From contig DF237161.1 in assembly GCA_000708835.1 (NCBI GenBank), positions 79,391 through 143,390 on the forward strand: 64,000 nt of DNA, read 5' to 3'. Positions within the stretch are counted from its first letter, which is position 1, and each line of letters opens with the position of its first letter. Made by a program: the position numbers and the translations under genes. The DNA is from Klebsormidium nitens. Lineage: Eukaryota > Plantae > Klebsormidiophyceae. Under the pieces are notes generated by a model, which was not told the origin of the DNA, did not search any database, and saw only the letters and a program-made list of their open reading frames with translations. This document shows positions 35,601 through 49,607 of this stretch, one piece after another.

Positions 35601-38600
35601 GTCGCCTTAAAACCGGGAACTTACCGAAAGCCCGTGATGTAGTCCATCTCGAGCGGGCTGACGTCATCGTCCACGTCATTTGTGAACGGAATCGGCACCT
35701 TTTCCTTCCCCCCCGAGATGTCTGCGTGGACAAGACGAGCGCCCACTCGGGAGTAGGCAGCCCAGGGCCGAGTCCCGCTCTTTTTGGGAGGGGCTTTGGT
35801 TCCAGGACTGCTGACGAGGGGCCTGCAACAGAGGATGACGAGCATGAGTCTCTGAAGATGCGGAGAGGCATGCAAGGTTTGGAAGCAGCCCCATCAGCTT
35901 GGAGTTCTTTCTCTTTCGAAGCCGCTTCCGAGAAAAATCTAGGACACCGGTTTGATAGAGCAGAACGATACTTGAACAAGTGAAATCATAGTAGAAGTGT
36001 CACGCATCAGCAGCCATTTTCGTGCCTCATGAAGGTTTACGAACGCCAGTTCTTGCCAAACTGACTCACACTCGCGTCTCGGATCACCAGGTCTACTCTT
36101 GCACTCACATGGTCGGCACTTGCCTTGAAGTCGAAGTCGGCTTTTCGAACAGCTTATATCTTTCAAGAATTCCGAGTCAACAATGGAAACCTTTTGAATC
36201 GAAGCGAGGCAATATAATCCTTCTTATTAAGAAAGTGCCGCAGCATACCCATCCTCAGCAGGACGCCCATTTGCACCGCACCTACTACCCTTCCCAAAGA
36301 CTCAGTCAGGCCTGAAAGTTCAAACTGAACGCGATCACTCACCTTGTGGCAGGGCTTTGCGCATCCTTCTTCCCCGTGTACCGCTCCACGCAGCTGTCGC
36401 ACTGGCAGAACCCCCAAGGCTCAGAAACCTCCACCGGCCCCATGTGCGCATCGCCCTCCCGTGACCTCTTCCCAAGAGCACCCTTCTCTTCCATAAGAAC
36501 TCCGTTCGGCTGCGACACTGAGACGACGTCAGCTTCGCTGGCTTTGTTAACCTTGGAGCTCTCAGCCCCCGGCTCCAGCTCGTCTTCCGACACGCCCCCT
36601 CGATCCGTTTTTGCCTCCTCTAGTTGTTCTGAGTCACAGGCGAAGCACAGCCACGGAGCACCCCCCCGGATCGCTGCGAGCATCCGACCCCCCAGGAGGC
36701 GCTCCACGCACCGGTCGCACGCAGCGCAGGAGCAGCTCTCGCAGCGGCGGCGCTCGGAGGTGGGCGACTCGATGCCACACACCTGGCACAGCCGATCCCA
36801 GCCCCGGACGTCCTGCCAGGAGAAGCGCAATGCATTCAATGACGGTTGCATCAAGCGACGGGGGTATTAGGCTGATGCCCGCATCTCTCAAGCAAGTTTG
36901 CCAGGCTGCAGACATTCGGAAACGTGATATTCTCATGCATGTGGTGTTGGAGCAAGATGGGACTGAAGCCGACTCTTTGAATGGGTTTCAGCTTTTGTCG
37001 GGCCCAGCAGAGACACCAAAACAATTGAAAGAACATGGAGGGGTGGGCAAAACTTTCCCTCGAAGCTTTGCTGCTGAACTCCAAGCCCTTGGGTGCGATT
37101 TAAAGTGCTCTGGAGGGACGAGAACTTCAAGATTTGCAGTGGGTTTTGAATTAGCCGAACATACTTCACCAGCCGACTCATAGCCCACTGCCTGCCCGTC
37201 CAGTAAAGAAGAGAGTAGACGAGCAGACTCAGTCTCAAGAGCGCCGCTGACTCCTCGAATCCATGCTGCTTTCCAAGGAGAGGAGCGGAACCCCGTACAC
37301 ATTCACTGCCCAGAAAAGCAGCTTGCAACGTGGCACGCACCTTCCCACCATAATCTGCGGAGTCAATCGTCCGCGAGCAATCCTGGCACACCGCTACCGG
37401 CAGGCTTGGGTGCTGCCGCTGCTGGCTGCACTTTTGAGAGGCCCCGCACGCCGCACATGCAAACACCCGCTGCTCGCCTCTTCCAGACTCCGGATCACTC
37501 CCCGTCGGCTCTACAAGGCCCGGCCTGGGCCCCACCTGCACTTCCTTCGTCAATGCTGCGACCCCCTTCGCTTTGTCCTCTCTTTCACACCATTCTGCAG
37601 TACTCCCCGTTCGCTTCCTACCTTCCACTGGCGCAGCACTCCTTGGTGCCCCCGCGTTTTCCCCGAGCCGCTGATCAGCCTGTCCCCTCCCGGCCCCACT
37701 CTCTTTTGCGCTGGCGCAAGGCCTGAAGTGCTTCGAGAGGTGGCCATTCCGCGCCCGTGGCGTTGAAAACACCTTGCCGCAACCCGCCCAGCTGCAGGCG
37801 TGCACCTCAGGGCCCTTCCCATCTCGACTTGCTGAGGCCTTCACGCCTGAAGCACCAGGTTCTACCTTTGTCCGACGCTCTCCTAGGAGAGGGGACGTGG
37901 CCCTCTCTTCCAGCTGCTCTGTCCGATCGGTCTGCATTGCGACCGCTAGAGCAGCGTTCGTTTGACCCTCGCCCGCGCTCGAAGTACCTTCCTCTGCCGC
38001 CCCCAAGAAGTTCTGCCCTTCCCCTCGCCAATCAGCCCCGCTTGCCGTGCCTACGCCACCTTGACCGACGCCCACCGCTCCTGCTCTTGACATTTGCAGC
38101 CCGGCCGTATTTTCCCGCCCCTCCTGTCTGACCCTCGCTTGTTCGAACCTCCGCATGTCGCTCTTCGATCCCTCCAGCTGGGCTAAGTCGCACGAGAAGC
38201 AGAGCCAGGCGTCCAGGTCCGCAATTGCGCGCTGCTGTTCTGGCCCCAGCACCCGAGCAAGGCAGCGCTGGCACACCGTCTTGCAGCAGCCGTCGCAACG
38301 TGGCCGCACCTTCTCGCGCCGCCCGCACAGCTGGCAGTGCCGCTCGACGCCAGCCTTGCACTGCACCGCGAAAAAGAAAGGCCGCTTTGGTCGTTGGCAA
38401 AATTGATGATGAGAAGAAAGTTCTCGTCAATTTGAAGTGTGCCCTGTGGCCAATGGTTGCACCAATTCGGAAAGAAGCTTTTTAGGAAAGAGCGAGTAGA
38501 GTTCGAAAGAGAGGGCCTTTCCGTCGATGTCACGGACGTTCTGAGTCAGAGCAGCAAAGGAAAGGCTTGCTTTCCCCCCATCCTTCAAGTTCCTCGGCTT

Positions 38601-41600
38601 CTAGGATATCGATAGAATGAAGCGTTATCAGATCAACCCGCCCGAACGTTAAGTCTTCCGTATTCAGCGCCTAAGTAAGAGGAACTGGCAGAGAAATGCA
38701 CAACTTAGAGGTATGAAACAGCTCTAACCAATATAAACGAGCAATCGGAACTGTTCCACAGCTCAAATTCTTCTTGAGTTTGCCCTACACAAGCTCGCAC
38801 CGATAGCAACACGTATCGCCTTAACAAAGGACGTCGGCCTCAAACAATAAAAGAGCGGCCAATGATACTTGTTTTGCAGAGAAAGTAGTGCTTGTGTACA
38901 CCCGTGCGGCTCACCCTGTCTGAGAAGTTTGCGGAGTTGAACGACTGCACGCACTCCTCGCACAACACCGCCGGCAGCGCAGGATGCCGCTTCATTTCAG
39001 AGAGTCCCCCCGCACCCCCGCATGCAGCACACGCAAACTCCGACGCCTCCTCATCTGCCTCCTGGCGCCCGTTTTCCGTCCATTCCCGGGCCTGGCCGCA
39101 CGGGTCAGCTGCAGTGACGTCGTATGCGCTACCAGTCCCGTCCACCTCTATCCCTCGAGCTTTCGGCCCCTCCTCCGACCTCTTGGCTGCCTCCAAGTCC
39201 CCAACAGCCCCCGAGATTTCAGCGAGCTGCTTTTCTCCCACTTCCGTCACCTCGTCAGTTTGGACGTCAGAGCTGACGTCATCATACGTCGGCCCAAGCG
39301 GGTCCACCAGCTCGGTCCCTTCGTCCGACTCCTCGCCGGGCTCGACCGTGGGTTCTCTATAACCAGGCTCTAACTCACCCGCCAGGGCCTCGGCTAACAA
39401 CACTGCAGCGGGCGACTCCACGTTTCCAGGCGCTTCCTGTCTTGTAGTTCCCCCAGCTTTTGACACTCCCCCAAGGAGGCGAGCAACCTCGGCAGCCCCT
39501 ACTACTCGGCCCAATTGCCCCAAACCTCCAGGCGACCCTCGGTTGGAGAACCCTACCGTTGGCCCCAAAAGTTGCCCCGCCCCTTCCACTTCCCGCTCAA
39601 GGCGCCCGTTTCGTTCCCCGTTCACAACCCTTCTCTTTCCCTCCGACCCGTCGACCACCCTCTCCACCAGCCTCCTCATCACTCGGTGCACTTGCGGCGC
39701 CAGCTCGCTCACCAAAGCCAACAGCGCTGCGTCCAGCGAGACATCCTCAACAATGGCCGCCCGTTTGCTCTTACCAACGTCCTGTCGTTTCAACAGCATG
39801 TCCCTCTGCTTCTCCAACTGCGCCTCAATCGAAGGCAACTTCTTCTGCTTCGGGACGTCAGCCAAGATCGACATAAGCTCCCGGTTGCCCCTTTTCCTCC
39901 CCCGGTTACTCCCGCCGCCTAGGCTCTGCTTCTCAGGTTTGATCCTTGACACCTCTCTGCAAGAAGGGGAGAGCTCAGAGGCCGGCCTGCGGGGCTCCGA
40001 ACTGTCCCTGCTCCGCTTTTGAGGAGACTCGCCGAATCCCCTCTCCGACCCCTCCCACTCTCCACTTTCCGTACCCCGCTCTTCAGCCTCCGAAACGTGC
40101 TTTCGTCCTTCCGTCTGATGAACAGCTGCCTGACCCCCTAAGTGGCGCACCGTACTCTTGCGGGCTTGCAGCGTCACTGGGGGCTTCACCACCGTGCGTT
40201 TCGTCCCTCCCGCTTTCTTCGAGCGTTTACTGGTGTCCGGTTGCGGCCGCTTCGGGCCGCTTCGGGACGCCGCCCAGGGAAGCTGCCTCGGGGGAGCAAT
40301 TTCGCCCCTTCTGACTTGGCAATTGACATGGAAGTGGTCGGGGCATGCGACCGAGAGGCCGCTGTTCTCCAGACCGTCGTGCATGCGGCAGCCAGCCGCG
40401 AGCGCGCATGTGTAGTGGTACACGGAGTGACATGACGACTCGACGCGGCAGCGAGAGGTGGCGCCGACTTGGTTGCAGTACGTGCAGCGCTGTAACGTGA
40501 AAGCAAGTACTCGTCTTGTTGGGAACCACCTTGATAGGAACAGTAAGATTCTGCCTGGTTCTGAAGAAAATCAACACACATCAACACGGCAGTGTAACTT
40601 ACGATTAAGGGTGCTAAAAAGACCGCAAACGCAATTGATGAACGACGGCTTTGCAAAGAAACCGGCTTGGACACCAGGTTGAACGACACGGAATCTGACG
40701 GACCATTTCAATTAGGAACCGGCTCTGGAGGGAAGCAAGTCGGACGGAGCTACCTCATGCCGAATCAACTTGGACGCTGACTTGTCAGCAACGAGGGAAC
40801 TAGCAACGAGGGAACTAGCCTGGAGGGAGCTATGCTGGACAAACTTGTCTGGACGGAAGGAGCTCCAGCATATCCTTATATTGAAGCGGGACCAGACTGG
40901 GACGAAAATCGTCTTGAAGTCCTAAGCCAATTCGTACTAAAGCTGTCGGGAAACCATGTGGGTCAACACCATGTGGGTCAAACCGGCCCGCTTATAGTGT
41001 GTCTTGCTTTACCTCAAAAGTTTCTTGGCTGTCTGGCCGCAAATAGGGAAAGAAAGTTTCGCAAAGGACCCAGATTGGGGACTCGATCATACCGGACGAA
41101 GTAACTTCGACTTTGTGCATCTTGTTCACGCAAACGGAAAGCAACTATTTGTAGGTCGTTCTAGCAGGTTATACCAGCATTGGGGAAATTGAGGCGAAGT
41201 GCTGACGAACCGATGGTGAGTACGCTTGGACTACGCTCTTGCCACCGCCGCTCAAGACTTGGTGACAACTCAAATTTCTGACCGAACTCGCCAGTATCAC
41301 ACAATAATGCTGAACTTCCGTTCTTAGGATGAACCATTTCCGGTGCAACATCAACGGGTTCTTTTCTCTCAATGCGCTTCTTAATAGTTCTCACCACGGG
41401 CGAGCGCTTCTTTCCGCCGCTGTTCGGTGAGCCCGTCGAGTGGATGACCGCTTTGGTGAGCCCCACGAACGCCTCGCCGTCCCCGGGCTGGTACACGGAG
41501 GGCGTCCAAAATGCGCACAGCTGATGCACCACGGCCTTGGCGCCTGAGTACTTGGTGGCGAACATCCGCGACCTGGGACCAAGAAACGCAAGTGTGTCAG

Positions 41601-44600
41601 TATCAACTTAGGCCAAATCCGTCACGAGGCGTCTGCTGAATGGTGCACGCCGCAAAGTGGACATGACATGTGGATCCGCTGTGGGTCACCTCAAAGGAGT
41701 CCGGCAGTGAAGCCGAAGCACAAAGGAAGGAGAACACTGATAGAATCTTGGACCCTGAGGAGCAGGCCTCCGCTTGCATAGCGTTGTGGCTTTCGTAGGC
41801 AAGGATCAGTGGATTAACTTCACAAGTTTTTGACTGATTGAGCAGGCAATTATGAGTGGAGAGTTGGAGTCCGTTGGACAACGGTTGGCCACAGAAAGCG
41901 ACGGCACTCAAGTTTGGCCGTAATGGTGACATTGCCTGCTTGCTGATCGTGATGGAACCCCAAAGAACAACATGGAAGGGGATGTTCGTCTCGTAACAAA
42001 GAGTTGATGTATGAGTTGGGGTAGTGAGCTTTCATGTCTGTCTAGTCTGCATGCTTCAAAGGTCAAATTGCCTCGCTAACTCGCTTCACAACCCAAGCAG
42101 CTTGCGCAACGGCGATATGCAGACTAAATACTGAGTGTCAGCTGTTGTACCCAAGCAGAAAAGAGGCGGATATGCTGTCAGTACCAAACAATGGAAGAAC
42201 GCACATTTTCGACCACAATGGAAAGAAGAACAACATGACCGAAACTCCCCTCCTCGAAGTCCTCAAGTTTTGCTGGAATAAGATACATAAGCGAAATCGT
42301 TCGTTCTCATGAAACGAAACAACAAAACTGCCGGGGAAGATATGTGAGCGAGCTAGCGTGCCTCGGGGCAAAACGATGCAGACAGGGCCAGCTTGGTGCC
42401 CCTGACAACTCTGCACCAGCTGTCAGGGACTGCCCGTGAGACGGAACCAAGCGGAACGGACTAGATCGAGGCAACAAGAGGCCCGGCATAGAAAAGCCAT
42501 GAGCGCCCCAGGACAAAATTAAGCAGCCGGTGACAAGCAGAAACAAGCTGCGTTCCAGGAGCAGATAGCGGGGCGTCTGCTCGCCGTACTAAGACCCTTT
42601 AACGACACATCACATGGCAAGACGGTATCCGCAGCGGGTTTCATAGCTGAGTCCGACTAAATCTTCGGGAAACGGCTGAAACTGCAGCCCACAAGACGGC
42701 ATCAGCAGAAAAGGGACCGGACAAGACGAAGCAACGGAAACTCAAAGCAAAATTGTACATGCTAGCAGCCTTTCTAGACTCACTGACGGCCATTGTAAGG
42801 TCTGCTTCGAGAAACACAGACGGCTTTTTGCAGCGAAGCGACGCTGGAGAGAAGAGCCGTCTGCAATAAGGTAGTTTTAGCGTAGGGGTACCATGCCAAG
42901 GCGATATTAGTACTGGTTCGACCTTCGAAAAAGCAAACACACTGCGGAACTGATAGCACTGGTATGTCTTTGGATGTCAGAACAACCTTGCGCAAGCAAT
43001 GGTACCGATACGACTTTCCGCGTCGCTTTCGCCACTTGGTGCGAGCCTGCTTGAACGTTTGTCTTGAGTTGACTTACACTTACGGACCGCTTCGGAGTCG
43101 AAGTCAAGGGCGAATAGCGCTTCACTATACGGCCAGTCAGATAAACCTTCTCTAGCTTCGAGAAGCTATCTCCAACCGACAGTATGCAGTGGAAGATCTC
43201 TTTTGCCGGTCTCATTACAGCAAAGTGATGGACGACGGAAGAAGTGGCGATAAGAAAACCGATGCAGCATAGCGGAAAGCGGACAAGCAGCGGAACAGCG
43301 ATGACGGACGGACGTAGGCGCGGGCTTATGAAACAGGAGAACCACCGTAAGAACTCATGTTCGGACGGACGGAACGGCAGAGCGGAAAGACAGAGAAGAT
43401 GGCAGCTCCCTGACGACACCACGACGAGAGGCTGAGTCCCTAAGACAGCTCGACCATCCTTAAAGCAGCGCGCGGAAGGCTGGGAAAAAACATAGTCACA
43501 AACGGTAGGACGGACGGACGGATGGACGAGGACGGGTTGAGGGAACTCTGGGCGGACGGGACAAGCAGAAAGGTGAGCGGACAGAAGGAAGGCACGACGG
43601 ATGGACAGATCCGAGTGGCGCTGCTTCACAAGGCTCATTATATAGCAGCCAGGGACACAAAAGGGGGCTCAGAAGAGAATGGAGGATTGGCACGCGGCAC
43701 ATGGCACCACAAGCTCCTTCAACAGTCCTTGCCACAAACTGACGTGATCGTAACTTAGCGGCATCGGTAAGCTTGCAGAAAACGAGACCGCAAGCACAAG
43801 CAGAGAGACTCGGTACTGGCGACAAGCAAACTATCGCAAGGTGACTGACAGAGACGGTACCCAACGACTACGTTGCACGAGTTTTCCAACGGCTTTTGGA
43901 CAGGCAGCTCGGACGGATGTGTATAAGTGCACAGAGACTAATTGGGCGCGGTATTAATTGCGCCATGCTCGTTGAAAACATTGCCATACGATCTACGTCA
44001 ACAACTTCCTGCCGTTACGATACTCTGCTTAAGTGGACCTGTTTCACAGAGCGTCATGGCCCACTGGAAAAGGCACTAAGAAGTGAAACGCCGTTTGCAG
44101 CCCAGAGACCCAAGCACAGACGTATCCTCCCTGCTGCCAAATGCAAGGGCCCTGTGGAGACCACCGAGGACAAAATCCACAGCACAACAGCAACGCCGAC
44201 GCACAGAAGCCGATTGTCGGGCCAGCCTCGTTGCCGTCGTCCTTGAATGGAAAAGATCCAGGAGAAGGGACGAAGATGCGCTATTTCCGCCCCTTTTGAT
44301 ATCAACACGCAACAACTCTCGAACCGGATTCAATGAAAACGGAAAAGGCTGGGCACAGAGGGAGCTTACTTGACGTGAGCTCTTAGCGGCCTGGTGCACG
44401 CGCACGCCTCGTCCCGTCTACCGCAGGTGGCGCAGTACCACTCGCCGCGCGTCCGCGAGGGACCCGCCCCGCACAGCGCGCAGCTTCGCCCGTCCCCCTT
44501 CGCCCCTTCCGCTCCCGGTAACTCCGGAATGACGACACCCTCAACCCACACGTCCGCCTTGGGGGATGGCTCCGCCACGTGGCCACTTGCCACTGGTTGC

Positions 44601-47600
44601 TCAATGATGCCAGTGGCCTGAACGACCGGCGCCGAGACGTCGTGGGTGACTGGGAGCGGTTTCAGTTGGTGAGCGTGGACGATGGCCCTATCGAGCCCGG
44701 TCCCGCTAACAATCTTCTGCCCTTTCCGGGCCGTCGATTCTAACAGCATGCCCGTTGCGCTCTCTCCCTGCTTGCATTCTGAGGCGGGACCTCTCTCAGC
44801 CTTAACCTCATTCGCTGCCTTTTGAACCCGCAGAGCCTTAAGCATCTTCAGTGGGACATCTTCGTCATCCTGGTGCCCCCGACTTTCTTCCAGCCCACTC
44901 CCCGCACCACCTTTGCCCAAGGCTTCCCCTTGCGACCTAGGCTTCAAAGCTTCGTCCTGTTTTATCTCCACAAGTTGCTTATGTACACATACAGTCTTTT
45001 CTACAAGATCCGCTGGGACTCGGAACCTGCTCGCACTTGCCTCTTCCTCTTCCCGCCTACTTGCCTCGACCTCCCCAGCCTTGCCTTGGCTGCCCCCCCA
45101 AACCGGAAGGCTTGACTCCCGGCCTACCCTGTGATACTCAGCTGACAACGTGCCAGCTTGCACGTCCCCCTTCGGCCACCTGTCACCGCTAGCGTCTCCA
45201 GCTACCCGTGCCACCTTCTTCGGTTGAGCGAAGGCCTGGTTCTGGTCGATCTCTAGCCACTCCACGCCCCGCTTCACCCCCCCACAGCTCTGTAAGCCGA
45301 TACTCTTTTGGCCACATTCCTCTACGGCCCTGCCAAGACCCTCCTTGTTGGCGCTCCCCTGACAACACACCACCGCAAGTCATAAGCCTGCTTGATCGAA
45401 CTTCGAGACCGCTTGAGTGTTCTTCTCAATATTGAAGAATCAAGCAAAGATACAAAGAAGGACATCAGAAAATTAATGAGTCCTGACAGGCTTCAGTTTT
45501 TCTGGTCCTTACACAATGTCTTGTTCCCAAACTTGGAACTAGAGGCGATCCGAAAAGTCTGGAAGGCCTACAAAACCGCCTACAAAACCCAGGATGATCT
45601 CTCTCAAGAAGGGCCAATCCAGCTTGATCGAGCCCTAACCTAAAGCAAGTGCCCTGTTTCCCGCAGGGCTTCCAAGTCACTGTTGCTTGTGACGTTGTTG
45701 ACTGCCGGCCCAACGGTGAACACAAGTCGCACAAAGTGGAATTCCAACTCACCAGCGCTTTCTTTTGGTCGCTCTCAAACCCATCCGCATCCACCCCCGC
45801 TCTTGGCTCGCCCTTTTCGATTCTCCACGAAGCCGGAGGCTCATGTTGGTCCAGGCTCGCCCGTTCTGCAACCACGCCCCCCAAGTCCGAGCCACTTCTC
45901 TCCCCATCTCTCGTGCCAGCCTTGCCGGACTCTACGCCGCCCCACCCAAGCTGGAAGTTAGCCGCCCAATCGGCCCGCTTGAGATCCTTCGCAGGCATCT
46001 CCTCGAAACAGAGCCAGTATAGGGGGTGCGCTTGTAAAGCGTACAGCTGCTTTGCCACCGAGGGGGGCGCAAAGTCCGCGGGGCTTGTCTGCGTTTCTTT
46101 ATCTGCTATCTCCCAGGGCTGTTTCGGGCTGCTCAGGGGGGGCTGCTTGAGGCTGAGAAAGCTGGAAAGGGGTACGTTTTGTGTTGCTGGTCGAAAGAGC
46201 GCCTCAAACCTTTCAGCATTTCCGGGGGGCCTTGGCTCATCAGGGAATGCACTTCTCTCGGTAGCAGCCATGATTGGCTCGTCCTCCTGCTTCGGCGACC
46301 CTGCCTTCGTAACTACATGAGAACAGGGCGAGGTTTGGGCCAAGGAAGGAGGGCACCCAGTGTGCTCCTCGGTAGGCTCTGCCCCAAGCTTTTCCAGAAG
46401 GTTCAACTCTTGCCTTGGGGAACCAGTTTCCATTATTTGACCGAACAGCGTCAGCACTGGCGGCTTTCGTTGCTCTTGCAAGTCGGACAGCGACCCCAAG
46501 TGGACAACCCCTGACCCGGACTCGCTAGCCACCGCTCCAAACCTTTGTTGCTCTCCGCCGCTTTCCTGTCTCTCCCTACTTGAAAACGAACCACCATCCG
46601 GTGGCGTCCTCTCATTGTCGTGACCCGGCTCCTGTATGACCGAAGTTTTCTTCAGTCGTTCGCGCTCAATAGCCTCCACTAGCGTCAGGCCCTTCTTCCT
46701 GAGCTCCCCAGCAGGCCCAACCTTCTCATCAATCTGTAGACTCAACCGGTCAACTTTTTTCTCGTCGCTTTCTCTCCGAGCCTCTCGCCTCGTACCCGAT
46801 CTGCCTTCCCCTCTGATGACCTCGTCCTTTCCATACTTAGCCTGACCCTTACTCTTGCCTCGGCTTCCAACATCGCCTCGCCCCCGCTGCTCACTTGCCT
46901 CTGGCACATCTCTTAAAGTTTGTACGCTCTCCGCCCCGCTGCGCATCCCCTCCCTCTCCTCTGTTTCTGTGAGGCTTCTCGAGTTCCGATCCCTGCCCTT
47001 CCAGCTTCCTCTCTCCCACGCCTTATCCTTTCGGGGTGACTTACTCCGCGGTGTCGAGGACGAAACCTCAACCCGCCTCTCTTGCCCCCTTCTCCCGCTC
47101 GCTTCGTCTCGTTCCTTGTCCCGCCTTCTCTCTCTTGGCGATTCGCTTCTCCGCCGCTTCAAGGCCCGCACCTTCCGACCATCTCCCAACTCCCCCGATG
47201 CCCGGTCGGCGCTCTCTTTCCTTTGGCCCCCCTCTTGCACTCCCGTTCTCCCCTCTGCTCCGCTAGCCGACTCTCGCAGCTGCCTTTCGCTGCCGTACCC
47301 TGGAGAACGAGGATTCTTTTCCGCACTCCGTTGCCGCCCAGCAACCACCAAGTGACCCCCTCGACGCCCACTTCCCCAGTCTCTTGGACTCCTCTCCATG
47401 CTCCGACCCCTGCCGTCGACCCAGGCATGCCTGGAGTCGCGCTCCCACATTTGACCGTCGCCTCTGCCTCCCTCAAAAGGGAACGGACCACGCTCTCGTG
47501 AAAGAGACCCCCTAACATTCGGCAGCCCCCGATCCGGCAGCCCCCAATCAGAGGACTCTCGCTCCCATGGGGGTGGTTCAACTCTTGGGTACGAGAGCGC

Positions 47601-47771
47601 AAGGTGGTCAAAGCCAAATAGTCCATTTGGTAAGCGCACAATAGGGCCAAGACCCTCGCTTGAAAAAGGGGGTGGCGCCAAGGTAGGGGGGCCATGAGGG
47701 AGAGGGGCTACCCTATCATACACGGAGCCCCCTACAACTCCGGGTGGCAGGTTTCCAATCGCTCTATCCAT
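32645..47771 (-). CDS. SUV39/SUVR-like histone-lysine (predicted H3K9) methyltransferase with extended PHD, two ADD domains and a C2H2 finger, ~2424 aa
   Basis: 12 phase-consistent exons (5'->3'): 47771-45753, 45358-44370, 41572-41395, 40489-38915, 38360-37341, 36812-36343, 35822-35625, 35247-35016, 34429-34263, 33927-33859, 33551-33444, 32894-32645 (sum 7275 nt). Motifs: DISGGKE, pre-SET IIECNPRCPC..C.N, GRGFGV, YVGEVIT, YLFNMD, INHSCDPNL, ELAYDY and post-SET CRCGAKNC. ePHD: VHQLCAFW…CTYC..GA…C…YHYTCA…CPDH. Confidence 0.88.
36633..37463 (-). other. ADD zinc-finger domain 2, split by a phase-0 intron at the equivalent position
   Basis: CAACG…HPSLPVAVCQDC…|…CQVC…CESCSCAACDRCVERLLG…WLCFAC. Confidence 0.8.
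38187..39037 (-). other. ADD (ATRX-DNMT3-DNMT3L) zinc-finger domain 1, split by a phase-0 intron
   Basis: CAACG…HPALPAVLCEEC…|…CQLC…CDGCCKTVCQRCLARVLG…WLCFSC follows the ATRX ADD cysteine spacing. Confidence 0.8.
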
Positions 47772-49607
47772 GGCCGTGCTTCAAGGGGCCTGCGAAGTGG
47801 CTCAAAATGCCCCCATTGCCTGCGAGACGACGCCAGAGAAAGTATTGCTTTGAAACTTGTAATGCTGTGTTACAAAGAAGAAGAGGGTGTCGCCAGCCAG
47901 ACTCCAAGTATGGAGCTCCTTCACAGACATTGGCGAATCAGCTATTTGTGACTGTTCAGATTAGGCTGAGGGTGTCTCTGCAGCAAAGGAGACAGAAGTG
48001 CACCAGAACGACCGCAATGTTGCAGGATGCTATTAAACAAAGCAAATGCTGCAAGGGCAGAATAGTTTGAGCACTTTGTCAAGAGGAATTCATAGACCTG
48101 CAAATTCTGGTCAGACGATCTCACACATTGAACCACGCAATGAGTAGCATCTTCAGAGCTTACAGCCGGCAGGTGAAACACGATAATAACCCACCTTCCT
48201 TCCTAGACGGAATGCCGACAGCAAGAAGTTGTCTCAATCCACTATAGGAAAGTCAAGCCACAATGTTGAGCAAGCTCTGAAGCTGCCAGGTGGCTGCATA
48301 GATTACAACCAGCTACCGCTCTTTCATGTTGGGCTTCTGCAAAGTTGCCTTGACGCAGCGATCTCTTGAACATAGCTGAGTCCGTCTCGGGGAACATAAG
48401 TGGCACAGCCACCTGGAGACGCCAGCTTCGAGGAGGCTGCGCTGCATCTCTTACCATTGATGCCTGTGTCAACCTTCAGGATAGCAGGACCAGCCTCAGG
48501 CTTCGGCTCATCATTGCTGGACCTCCTAGGATTGCAAATCCTGGTTCAAAAGTGCCCATGACTCGATCAGGGCAGCGAGCTCAGCCTTCAGAACCTCTCT
48601 TCTGTGCCTAGCTGGATCTCCGTATGATCCGAATTATGTAGGCTACATGCACTGTTCATAGCGCGTTACAGCAGAAGCTCGACTCCGACAGGTAGCGCGG
48701 AGCTGGGAGAGAAGATGGAGAGGGATGTAACACCTGCTGCTGATCAAATTAAAATTGCCTTGCAACTTGTTTGCCTGGTATTAGTAAAGTCTTCATTGCC
48801 TGCTCTTTAATTTTTCAAGTCTTTCTTTTGTCCAGATGGTGGCGCAGCGTTGTCCCAGCTATGTCTTTTTTGTCAGCTAGAGCGCGGTAAGGAGCTTTCT
48901 CTTTACATCGTAGCCCTAGCTATAGCTGTCAATGGCATTCCAATGGCAGTCTGAAAGGGTAAATTCTTGAATTCATTGCTTTTGATTCGGTGGCTGTGCT
49001 TCCCTGGAACCACAAGGGAAGGGGCAGGGTTTGCTCTCAAAAGTTTCGCCTTCCAAAAATTGAATGAAGGCCTGAAAGCTTGCCAGCAGGGTACTTACCT
49101 TGCAATAGAACGATGTTGTTGATGCTTATTGTGAAAGCATTGCCGTACACACTGTGTTTCACAATCTGTTGTACAGATCTTGTGCTACTTGTGCAGTAAT
49201 ATTGGGTTTGAAAAGGGCCTTGCATCGCTGATGACCACGGGTTTGGAAAGCAGAGACGACCAAGTGAGAACACTAATTGAGAACCTAGTCTATTCTGCAG
49301 GCAATTGTTGCTGATTGAAGCGCGCCACCAGTACCCTGCTCATCTTTGGACGGTCTGAGAAGCAGGCCCAGCGGCTTCTGGACTTCACTGATTGCTTGCA
49401 CGCGTTTTGCAAACGCAGTCAAGGGTGCCCGATAAGTCAAAAGCACGGACGGACTTGTTTTGTGCCGTCGATTCAGCACTTGTTCAACTTCAGACCCCAA
49501 GATTTACTCTCTGTTGAAAACGAAGATTTGGCGGCAGAAGCTTAGACGGCCATATCTAGAGGTCCAGTTTATGCCTCAGGGCTCTTTGGAGGTTTCACGT
49601 TTGGCAA

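Noticed and set aside
40832-41104. Antisense intronic ORF with short 15-16-nt tandem duplications nearby
   Set aside because: Short, no recognisable domain, and the local duplications look like replication slippage.
42907-43638. 243-aa ORF inside the long SET intron
   Set aside because: Compositionally biased (Ser/Pro/Arg/Leu) product of low-complexity sequence, with no transposase or RT motifs.
45465-45752. C-terminal part of ORF 45465..47771 (CDLC…) as a zinc finger
   Set aside because: A canonical phase-0 donor (CTG|gtgagt at 45753/45752) splices in frame to 45358, so this stretch is intron read-through.
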